Assembly: GCA_015680685.1 (NCBI GenBank) | Contig: MNCI01002379.1 | Coordinates: 690,780 to 754,779 of the forward strand | Origin: Gnetum montanum | Lineage: Eukaryota > Plantae > Gnetophyta | Direction of reading: 5' to 3' | Length of the DNA stretch: 64,000 nt | Shown: piece by piece, positions 38,947-49,322 of the stretch | Layout: every line of letters begins with the position of its first letter | Position numbering within the stretch: position 1 is the stretch's first letter | The notes under the pieces: model-generated | The model's input: only the letters and a program-made list of their open reading frames with translations | Databases searched by the model: none | Told to the model about the DNA's origin: nothing | Program-made: the position numbers and the translations under genes

Positions 38947-40312
38947 TGAAACACTATGAAAATTTTGAGGTGATTCAAGCAAAGGGTCACAACAAACTGC
39001 AGCACAACAAGTTCCCTTTCAGATAAAAATCCTATCTTACCACGTTGCGCAGCACAACACAAATGAATTCCAGAAGATAGAACAAAATGATGGGTGCACG
39101 ATGACAAGTTTTCGACCTTTCAAATTCTCTATTATTTGAGAACCTTAGTTTTTTGGCATCTTACGCTGCATTAAGCAACATGCCGTAGTGTAACGTAATG
39201 TCAGAAAATAATCTGCCACAACATTAAGGATGGAAAATGCCAAAAAACTTCAACAACACTTTGATTTTCTGTAACTGTACTATTTTACGCTAGATTACGC
39301 TATGAAACGTAATCTAGCGTGGTGCAGTGTAATTTAGCAGGGTGCAGTGTAATACAAGCATAGACAAAAATGACATAATACAAAGCAGCAGTAATCCATG
39401 CAGCGCAATACACTCTCCAGTGTATTGTAGCGTAATCAAGAAATCGCCTATCGTTGAAGCTCCAACAAGTGTAGTTCACGCTATGTTACACTTTAGAGCA
39501 TAAGGCAGTATGGCACTGCAGACCTCAGCAACTACTACATCAAGTCAATGACATTTTGCAAATTCAGGACACGCATCCTTTAAACCACATCTTTCTCTTG
39601 ACTTTAATCTTATAAATTCCCCAACTGATAAAGAAAAAGGGGGACAAGAAATTTCTCCAAAGATTGAACGAATTTTCACTGTGAGCGATTTCTTTTGCCC
39701 TGCCGTTGATAATCATTGACAACTTTTGACAAGAAAACAAGAATAATCAATAATCACAAGAATATAGAAGGCAATTGGCAAAAATATCTAGTCAAGAATA
39801 GCAGGTTGACAGACATTCTACTTTGGACCAGCTCCCTTGTACACCGCTAGAACGAGGTAGATCGACCTTTGATTGCTTCATCATTGAACAGTTTTTCTTG
39901 TTATCGACACATACTTTTCCCAAATCGAAGTCTTATTGTAATAGTTATATTCAATATATTTCGTTCATGAGGTGAATCCCAGATCTCGGGATTGCCCGCA
40001 TTCTAAATTTGATCTCTTGTGCCTTATCTATATGTCGTAAATCTTGCAAATCATCGTAAATCTATTTCATTGTTTTCAATTACCCGCTAAGTTAACGATA
40101 TCATATCTTCCCGTAAAGATCCATCATTTTATTATCCAAGTATCCAAAAAAAATTTACTGGTCAAGTAAGTCCCTGTCTAATCGACAAACCCGTTTAGGG
40201 CAACTCAGATTCATTTTCTCTCCAGCACGATCCTCACACTGATCCGGGGTTAAAACTGTGTACGCGGACTTTCGTTCGGTATTTCCAGCGACCAACATTT
40301 TCCATCGTTACA
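38947..40312 (+). mobile_element. 5' LTR of element E
   Basis: TGAAACAC...GTTACA termini, TATA near 39611, and a 3' end homologous to the B, C, D and H LTR ends. Confidence 0.88.
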
Positions 40313-40318
40313 GTTTTC

Positions 40319-40335
40319 TAGCACTAGAAGGAGGG
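40319..40335 (+). promoter_or_regulatory. PBS (tRNA-Asn) of element E
   Basis: TAGCACTAGAAGGAGGG directly follows the LTR. Confidence 0.88.
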
Positions 40336-40549
40336 CCTTCCTATCCAATCTACATTTTATGGGTAGTCTTGTAAGCTGTCTGTACCCATTGTCAATCAAC
40401 GTAAATGTAATACCTCTAAGGTTGTTTACGAAATTGTGTGGTGCAGATCAGTCGCTTCGACGAGATAGAAAGCCCTGATTATTATCTTAGTTCACCTTTG
40501 TCCTTCCAATCTCTACTTTTATCGTCATTATCTCCGAATCATGTAAAAA

Positions 40550-43500
40550 ATGGTTACATCAACCACAACTGTTGACACCGCTAGCCTCGAGAATCCCTAG
40601 ACCATGCAAGTCACACTTCCGGTGGTCGATCCACCAACTAGTCTGATACGACCCCGCCGCTCCCTCAGGCTTCAAAACAAAGATCCTGAAGGACATACTT
40701 GGTGCAAGGAACACTAAAATTTCCTCTACGCTAAGCTAGTGGTAAACCTACCCATGTATCCGCAAGAACTTGAGGAAAAACGAGAGTACAAGTTCATGTA
40801 CTGCAATGGGAAGGAATTTATTCCTTCACCGAATGCCACTGTGCCCCTAACAGATCAACAAAAGTGGATTCTAGATCAAATGTTGATGGCAAAGCCATCG
40901 CCAGAACAGCTAGAGGTCTTGTTCCGTGATGAAATGCTTCACGATGGACAAGACAATCTAGAATCTCACTCTGAAGGAGGCAGTCATGCTGATTTCACCA
41001 TGGCCCCTCCCTCCACGACATCCCACATAAATCCATTATTCATGGTTACCACACCTCTGACATTATCCAATACCAATCGAGTTCCACATTCGCCGCATTT
41101 ACATTTTCTCTCTCCAACTATACTTCCGAGCAAAGGTCCCTCACAGATCATTCCCCAATAGGTGCAATTACCTAATCCACCCCATCGTATGCCTATGCCT
41201 ATGTCACTGCATGTACATGCGATACCTACATCTCAATTACCTACAACAATGACTTTACTCCCGACTTACATGACAAAGCCTGCCACCATAGCATGGTGGG
41301 CTCCCAACATGTCTCTTGTTGCCCATCCTACGCAAATGCACCACCATTCCCACCATCAAAGTCAAATCCCACAAATGCTAAACCCAGCTACGGGATTACT
41401 GCTCATGCCCCCAGCTACACAAGTAGCATATCCAATGGCACAGCTGACAATGGTCACCCCATCCGCACCAACTACCGGATGGTGGATGCCACAAGAAACA
41501 CCACCTGTAAGGACTATCCCGATAGCACCGACTATCGACCAAGCCGCTACCCCCATTCCGCCACTCGGTGCAGCTCCACCAATGGTTCCATAGATGACCT
41601 CGTCATCTATGGGTTTGGATCAAGCCTTCCAGCTCATCTAGACCCTTACAGAGGAGGTTAAGTGTCTCAAGGTAGCTGGTTCTGACACGGTGCAAGCCAT
41701 GGATTTTTATCACAACGATCCTATTAGTCCAGCAATCCCTGTCCTGTCACTGCCACTGGGAGTGCCCCTTCCCCATTTCACAAAATACAATGGTGAAGGT
41801 GGTCCCAACGCCCACCTGGTCACTTTCAGGTTAGAATCCTTATTATTACAATAATGGCCACATACTATAATCTGTGTTTTTGCTATGTCCTTAACGGGTA
41901 AAGCTCTAGACTGGTATCAAGCCCTCCCATGTGCCTCCATTTCAACTTTCGAGGAGCTGTTAACTTAGTTTGTGACCCGTTTTAAGTATAACTTAAAGTT
42001 GGAAGTCACACTGGACCAACTCATGGGGAGTTAAGAAAGACCCACTCGAGCCAGTCCAAAAGTTCATATAGCGGTGGAGCACTACCTTGAATGAAATCTA
42101 CGAACCCATCGCGAAAGCCCATCTAATGGCAATCTTCAAGGGAGCAGTTAATAACTTTATTAAGTCTAAACTGTATTACCTTGCTCCCTGCTACCTCAGC
42201 CAAGCCTTTGCTCAGACTAAGAGTATTCAAGACGTGGTAGAGGCTAGTAAAGACCCGGCGTATGTGGTCTATAAGAATGCTCACAACAAAGGTAAGGACA
42301 AAGGCAAAGCCATGATAACTACAGTTGCGGCAGTTGCTGAAGGGGCCAAGAATAAGAACAATAACAAGAAAATGCCTACAGAGTCTACTGAACCAACAAC
42401 TAGCTCGAATGATGTTAATTAAGAAACTCCTTCTACCCCTAAAACACCTTCGCAGCCGAGGCCTAAATTTGAGTGTAAGGATCGTTCAAACTATGCGACC
42501 TTACCCGTAAAGGCTTATGAACTCCTCAAACAATTACTGGGAACAGGACATATTCAACACAAGAAGGTGTCTAAGGAGGCTCTAAAATGCCATAGACGCC
42601 ATTATGAGCTACTCAAGAACCCTTCTTTGGCCCAACCTAATGAACCACCAGTGCCCAAAAACTTTAAGTTGGACTAGTTCCGCGACTACCACCAATTGTG
42701 TGGCCACGACATGGACTACTGCTGGGCATTGAAGGATGACATTCAAAGTATGATAGATCAAGGTGACTTGATCTTAGATAGCAGTAGCCCGACATGTCTA
42801 AAAAACCAGGCCATGCATGTGTACCAAGACCCGTTGAATGCAAANNNNNNNNNNNNNNNNNNNNNNNNNNNNNNNNNNNNNNNNNNNNNNNNNNNNNNNN
42901 NNNNNNNNNNNNNNNNNNNNNNNNNNNNNNNNNNNNNNNNNNNNNNNNNNNNNNNNNNNNNNNNNNNNNNNNNNNNNNNNNNNNNNNNNNNNNNNNNNNN
43001 NNNNNNNNNNNNNNNNNNNNNNNNNNNNNNNNNNNNNNNNNNNNNNNNNNNNNNNNNNNNNNNNNNNNNNNNNNNNNNNNNNNNNNNNNNNNNNNNNNNN
43101 NNNNNNNNNNNNNNNNNNNNNNNTTTCCCAAACCTCAACCCCTTGCTTCTGTACCCTTGGTCCCACTTACTAAAAATGACAAGGTTACACGAACACAACT
43201 ATCTCCTCCTGGCCAAAGGAAATGCAACCCTCGACCAAATGTCACTCCTCCCCGTTGAATTCGCCTCTTAGGGTGAATGGAGCAAGAAAAGGGTGACAAA
43301 TAGCCTAATCATGAGTGGGATCTCTTCGATGCCTTGGCACAAGTCAAACAGGCTCTAAAACAAAAAAATACAACATTGAGCCTTTATGACTTGCTCATGA
43401 TATCACAGACACATCGTGAGGCTATGGTTCGCATGCTAATGTCCATACTTGTGGACGAAAGCCTGCCGGAAAATGAAGAAGCAATCCATTCTATCATGCT

Positions 43501-44209
43501 TCCCCCCGCCACTAAAAAAATTGATCCTACCCCATTGAACTTTCATGAAAAATCTATTAAGGATAATCCTGAAGGTCAGGTGACAACGGCATCCATGTTC
43601 ATCACCATCCGGGTCGGCCAACACCGAATACGGAGAGTACATGTAGATGATGGGGTGGCAACTAATGTCATCCCTTATCCCATAGTGGATAAATTGGGCC
43701 TGATCGATCAAATCAGTCCTACAATGATGTCATGCCTAAAGTCATTCAACGGGGCACGAGTGCAGGTCAAAGGGATGGTCCATATCAACTTTGTGACAGG
43801 GGATCAGTTCCCCATAGACGCTACATTTATCGTCATCGAGGAGATGCCTGGATTCAATTTCATCCTTGGGAGGTCTTGGTTAGCCCAACTGAGGGCAGTT
43901 TCATCACCCATCCATCAGGAAATTCATTTGCCTTACACAGGAGGAGAAGTCATTATCCGCGGTGATGAAATAACCCCTCAGGCTGTTAATAACATAGAGA
44001 CAGAACAAGGGTTGAAAATTGAAATGCCTGAGAATCAATCCCCTGTTCAAATACCTGAGCAATCCGAAACAATGGCTAATGATAGCCTAATTTGGGCTGA
44101 GCTACCGTTCCAAGGAGAAGATGGTGACACAAAGGAAAAGGGCCATAAATCTCCCCGTCCTTATACACCATTAAAGATCAAAACAATTAAGAAATGGCTA
44201 CAAAGTTAG
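40550..44209 (+). pseudogene. gag: gag-protease ORF of E (a few stops/frameshifts, spans an N-gap)
   Basis: DYHQLCGHDMDYCWALKDDIQSMIDQG (Ogre-type) and RVHVDDGVATNVI...FNFILGRSWL. It ends in TAG at 44207-44209. Confidence 0.9.
42845..43123. other. Assembly gap
   Basis: Run of N. Confidence 1.
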
Positions 44210-44413
44210 CCAGTAAATGATGTTGTCCTACTGTTACAGTTTCATCATCTATTCTACTCATATTTACTAGTTATAATTTATGCTTGTATTTACGCTTTCC
44301 ACTAGATAGTCTCATTATGCCTATGTTTATCTTCATGTTTATGTTTATGTTTCCACCAATTATCTTCCTTACTCCTATCACTCAAATGGCCCAAAATGGC
44401 CTTAAACTAGCAT

Positions 44414-44670
44414 TTTCATTTACGCTTTGTATCTGAATCTCATTTACACTTGGAAAACAAATTTCACTTACGCTTTGTATCTAAATCTCATTTACACTTG
44501 GAACGCAAATTTCACTTACGCTTTGTATTTGAATCTCATTTATGCTTGGAACGCAAATTTCACTTACACTTTGTATCTGAATCTCATTTACGCTTGGAAC
44601 AAAAATTTCATTTACACTTTATACTTGAATCTAATTTACGCTTTATACCTGAATCTAGTTTACGCTTTGA
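44414..44670 (+). repeat. 48-bp tandem array (two related TTTACGCTT-containing subunits)
   Basis: About four full units plus partial ones, visible as a 16-aa periodicity in the ORF track. Confidence 0.9.
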
Positions 44671-44679
44671 AACTATCCA

Positions 44680-44995
44680 TAGCCTGAAATGGCCTTAAAC
44701 TAATCACAACCTATCCTAGCTTAAAACTGGTGACTTAATTTTTATTTGATTCCTTCACTCATACAGCAAGGGCCCGAAATGACCTTAAACTATCCAAGGC
44801 CTGAAATGGCCTTAAACTATCCAAGGCCTAAAGCGGCCTTAAACTATCTATGGCTTGCAATAGCTTTAAACTACCTATTTCAATCACACCTCACCCATGC
44901 ACTACTCAAAAGCCTGAAAGGCTGTAAACTAACAATTTCATTTACGCTTTACATTTGAACAATGTAGCAGTCCGTAATGGCTTCAAACTAATAAC
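44680..44995 (+). repeat. 27-bp GGCC(C/T)GAAATGGCCTTAAACTATCC array of E
   Basis: Four adjacent copies at 44771-44878 plus dispersed ones. Homologous to the C and D arrays. Confidence 0.88.
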
Positions 44996-45195
44996 TGCAT
45001 TAACACCACTCTCAAAACTAATTATGATTTACCATAACGTCAAAACCTATGATCCTACTTGTGCTTTACATAAAAAGAAAAAAATAAAGAAAATCATCAA
45101 AATTAACATCAAAATTTGTATCAAATATGTTAAAAGAAAAATATTGTCTCTTGTTTCATTATACCACAATAAAATCCAAGGCTAATTCAACCATG

Positions 45196-45290
45196 CTATG
45201 TGTCTCCCTTGTTACCACTATCTCCTGTATCCCCTAGTTCAACTTCTACTTCAAGGAGGTCATCCTCATAGGGGCCACCCTTTGCATGAA
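45196..45290 (-). pseudogene. Probable last codons of the antisense gene of E, cut by LTR F
   Basis: Positionally equivalent to 18370 (D) and 32889 (C). It encodes an acidic tail, EDDLLEVEVELGDTGDSGNKGDT*. Confidence 0.5.
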
Positions 45291-46249
45291 TGATGAGACA
45301 CAATATACGCGATATCGTGGCCTCCACGATATCGCATCCCCTGCGATATCGCATACGCGATATCGCATCATCCCCTGTGATATCATGGTCCCCCATCAAA
45401 TCTATAAATAAGAGGTGGCACTCCCCTCATTTGCATATAGAGGTTAGAAGTAGCAAAGCTCTGGTAGATTGATCACCCTGGAGATAGAATATTTTCCATG
45501 TGCCCATAGTAGAAGTCCCCCAAGTGAACAGTTCTTTATTCGAGCATCTTTGTACCTGAACGCAAGTTGTGTACGGCAACAAAGATGAGCTTTGTGGATA
45601 AACCTTGCAGTACATGGATAGGTTTATTTAATATTATTTATTACTTTCCTAGTAGCGTGGCATGAGTACGACTTGGTTACGTGCATTGACGAATGTGTAT
45701 GGCTAACCAAGAAATCAGCTACTCATCGCGATTAGATTCTCTCACCCTTATCTCCTAGAACATGGGACGAGTACGAATTGATTATGAGCATCTACGGATG
45801 TGTACGACTAGTCAAGGAATCAGCTGCTTGTCACACATAGGCTAGTTAGGTGTCTCAATATGACTGCTTTAAGCACGTGCATTACGTGTGGTAATCCCAG
45901 TAACGATTAGTGTTTGGTAGCCATAGTTGCACAGTTCAGGGTATGTACGGTAAGTGGGAATGGATGCTAAAGCTAGTTAATTTAGACTTAGGAAATTAGT
46001 TAGAGTAGTTAGTTCTCTCAACCCTTCACCCTTTAGCACAGGAGATAAACCATAAAAGGCCAAAAAAATCATATACCTCAGACTTACTTAACCATACACC
46101 ATGACAACAACAAGTCTGGGAAGACAACGAATGATTAACCCCAAGTGTTCCATGGGGCGTTTAGGCATTTAGTCTATGGAGTTCGACCAGATTGTGCGTG
46201 CTACGCTCGTGTCATATGGTTGAGTGTAGGGGTACCTCGCCACTCATCA
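45291..46249 (+). mobile_element. 5' LTR of Athila-type element F
   Basis: Perfect 7-bp terminal inverted repeat TGATGAG...CTCATCA, TATAAATA at 45403, followed by a PBS. Confidence 0.88.
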
Positions 46250-46250
46250 T

Positions 46251-46268
46251 TGGCACCGTTGCTGGGGA
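46251..46268 (+). promoter_or_regulatory. PBS (tRNA-Asp), Athila type
   Basis: TGGCACCGTTGCTGGGGA versus the canonical TGGCGCCGTTGCCGGGGA (two transitions). Confidence 0.9.
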
Positions 46269-46798
46269 CTAAGTGTTTGTACGCCAATTAGAACATTAGG
46301 AAATTGTTGGTACATTTGGCCAATCCATGGAACAGTGAGACTCTTGATTTGAAAACTAAAACTCATGGGTTCGATTTTGGTAAGCCTCTTACTTCATTTT
46401 CAATAAATTACAAAAGTCAAGTCATGCTTCTAACATTATGTATTCAAAGGTTGTTAGGACTCTGTGGTGTGGTTCTAAATCAAAGTTTGAATGAGATGAT
46501 AGGGTTGTTATTGGGTGTGATTTTGGGGCAAAACCTGGCTTTTGGATATTCCATATATTAGCAAAAATCCGCTACCGATGCTCAAATGGATTTTAGTGGA
46601 AGTGTTGGAATACCATTCTGGAATATATTTCAAAAATACAAATATTTTAGTTCTACGCTCTTTTGCAGGGTCCTGGTTTTGGCACAGCTGTTGAGAATGG
46701 TTACAATGGTGTAATCATTGGGGTTCATCTATGCTTACTACATCCAGGGGAAAATGCCAAAACCCTCACTCACACAGTTGTTAGCAACACAACAAACC

Positions 46799-47338
46799 AT
46801 AGGATTCTAGGGATCAAGTTTTGCAGGATTAGGGTTCCTGGGCATGGGTCTGTGGAAGGCATACACAATAGCAAAATTATACCTGCAATCATCGTCATTC
46901 GAATGTGCTCTGGATGGCTATAGAAAATTCCCATTTTACCTCCTAGAATTGTTTCTGATTGCAGGCCTATCACTTGCCCACATTTTGAATGCAGCCCTAT
47001 TCTCAGATTTTGCCAGAGATTTGGTGGGTTCAGTAATGGAATTGGAGAAATTAGGCGTGGCCTCAATTTTCCTGCTCTATGTCGTGGCAAGAATAATTGT
47101 AGAATTGACGAGGATTCTTCCACTGCCCGCTCAAATTCATCATTTGGTGGGATTTTTGGCATTCCTGGAAGAATTCGTGCTCTTCTATCTGCCTAGAGAG
47201 GGCTCCGATGGACAAAATTGCTACTACACGCTCATGCTTGTGCCGATTTCTGTGTGTGTGATTGGCAAAGCCCTGGAAATTCCATACCCAAGATCTGTTT
47301 TTCCACCATTAGGGCTCTCGGCAAGGCTAATTTTGCAG
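46799..47338 (+). pseudogene. Truncated DUF716 / TMEM45-like plant membrane protein gene fragment
   Basis: It has several hydrophobic helices and the motifs GFLGMGLW, LEKLGVASIFLLY, AFLEEFVLFY, YYTLMLVPI and LILQ. The upstream frame reads ATA GGA TTC TAG (probably ATG...TGG originally). The expected GTWF-containing C-terminal half is absent. Confidence 0.75.
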
Positions 47339-47595
47339 CAGCACCAACACGACACGCTGTCGCGGCGGTCAGGAAAGGGGGCCTTCGAAAATAGCACCAT
47401 GTACAGAAAATGCAAAACTGAAACGACTTGAGGAAATCAAGCAAGAAAAATTAGACAGTCCCAATATCAAAAGCAATCATGCTAGTTGGAAGCATGCCTG
47501 CAAGACTGTAGCAGTGAAGGATTCGGGAATGTCTACGGTTGCTAGAGGTAAAAGAGGGAAAAGAAGCACACAACACAATATTAAATCGTCGTCCT

Positions 47596-48445
47596 TGTAT
47601 TGACCCTAATTTTATTTGAAAAAACAAAGGTTTTATTAATCAATGCCATGCCCAAAGTTATAACATAAAAAATATTAATACGGGCATAAAGTCACAATTT
47701 AAGTTTTAATAATAATCTATATGGAAAGGTTATAGGGAGTTTTATTGGATAAACACTTGGCCACCATAGCTTTTATTTTCTATAGTGGTAACTTTTTAAA
47801 AAATTTGTAACTTCCTAGCCTTAATCCCATGATGTTTGTAACCACTACAAAGGACACTTGTCAATTGTAGCCTTTTTTATCTCTTTGGTGGTTGAAACCA
47901 CCCAAAATTGTTGTAACTTACCTAACTTGTTGGGCAAGTAATCTCCTGATTGGTTGGCCAAGTTACTTGGGAGAGAAGTTAGGTGAGATATTTTTGAATA
48001 TGTAACTTCCCTACCTACCTTTGAACCCTATAAAAAGGCTTCAAGGGTCAAGGGGGAAAAACATATTGGGTCTCACACATCACACTTTTGAGAAGACATT
48101 GGGATCACACTTGGGCTCTCACTCGGAGACACACTTAGGGTCTTGAGAAGAGCTTTGTAAAGAAGAAATTGTGAACGATTGCTTGCAAGATGGCTTGCTA
48201 AAGTAAAGATTTCAGCCTCTTTGTCATGGTCCTATGAGTTATGTATTTTATTTTTTGTTTTGTTTTAATTGTTTAGCTAGTGGTTTAGATAGTATCATCC
48301 TTGGTAAGTAATTTTGGGATTTTTAGATTGCTCTTACTGTTCTTGTTGCCCGATAGAAATTTCTATAAAAAATTTTGCCATAGAAGCGCTTGTGTTTAAA
48401 AGGCTTAAGAGCATTTTAGTAGTAAATTTCGTTATTGTGCAACGT
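47596..48445 (+). mobile_element. LTR fragment (runs into the N-gap)
   Basis: It starts TGTATTGACCCTAATTTT and has a CCTATAAAAAGG TATA near 48027 followed by R/U5-like sequence. Its end is not visible. Confidence 0.6.
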
Positions 48446-49231
48446 NNNNNNNNNNNNNNNNNNNNNNNNNNNNNNNNNNNNNNNNNNNNNNNNNNNNNNN
48501 NNNNNNNNNNNNNNNNNNNNNNNNNNNNNNNNNNNNNNNNNNNNNNNNNNNNNNNNNNNNNNNNNNNNNNNNNNNNNNNNNNNNNNNNNNNNNNNNNNNN
48601 NNNNNNNNNNNNNNNNNNNNNNNNNNNNNNNNNNNNNNNNNNNNNNNNNNNNNNNNNNNNNNNNNNNNNNNNNNNNNNNNNNNNNNNNNNNNNNNNNNNN
48701 NNNNNNNNNNNNNNNNNNNNNNNNNNNNNNNNNNNNNNNNNNNNNNNNNNNNNNNNNNNNNNNNNNNNNNNNNNNNNNNNNNNNNNNNNNNNNNNNNNNN
48801 NNNNNNNNNNNNNNNNNNNNNNNNNNNNNNNNNNNNNNNNNNNNNNNNNNNNNNNNNNNNNNNNNNNNNNNNNNNNNNNNNNNNNNNNNNNNNNNNNNNN
48901 NNNNNNNNNNNNNNNNNNNNNNNNNNNNNNNNNNNNNNNNNNNNNNNNNNNNNNNNNNNNNNNNNNNNNNNNNNNNNNNNNNNNNNNNNNNNNNNNNNNN
49001 NNNNNNNNNNNNNNNNNNNNNNNNNNNNNNNNNNNNNNNNNNNNNNNNNNNNNNNNNNNNNNNNNNNNNNNNNNNNNNNNNNNNNNNNNNNNNNNNNNNN
49101 NNNNNNNNNNNNNNNNNNNNNNNNNNNNNNNNNNNNNNNNNNNNNNNNNNNNNNNNNNNNNNNNNNNNNNNNNNNNNNNNNNNNNNNNNNNNNNNNNNNN
49201 NNNNNNNNNNNNNNNNNNNNNNNNNNNNNNN
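48446..49231. other. Assembly gap
   Basis: Run of N. Confidence 1.
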
Positions 49232-49322
49232 GAAATCTTTCACATCGTTGTGAGCCTTAACGAACCTTTGGGTTAATTAGTTAAATAAGAACATATATAA
49301 CGGTGAACAGCACACCAATAAA

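Noticed and set aside
44427-44698. ORFs with 16-aa repeats
   Set aside because: They are a by-product of a 48-bp tandem array that lacks stop codons, and they have no counterpart in C or D.
46844-47431. Intact 195-aa host gene
   Set aside because: The true start appears mutated with an upstream in-frame stop, and the family C-terminal half is replaced by unrelated sequence.
48314-49276. Long ORFs spanning N runs (also 42664-43271 and 54942-55484)
   Set aside because: These are artefacts of translating through assembly gaps.
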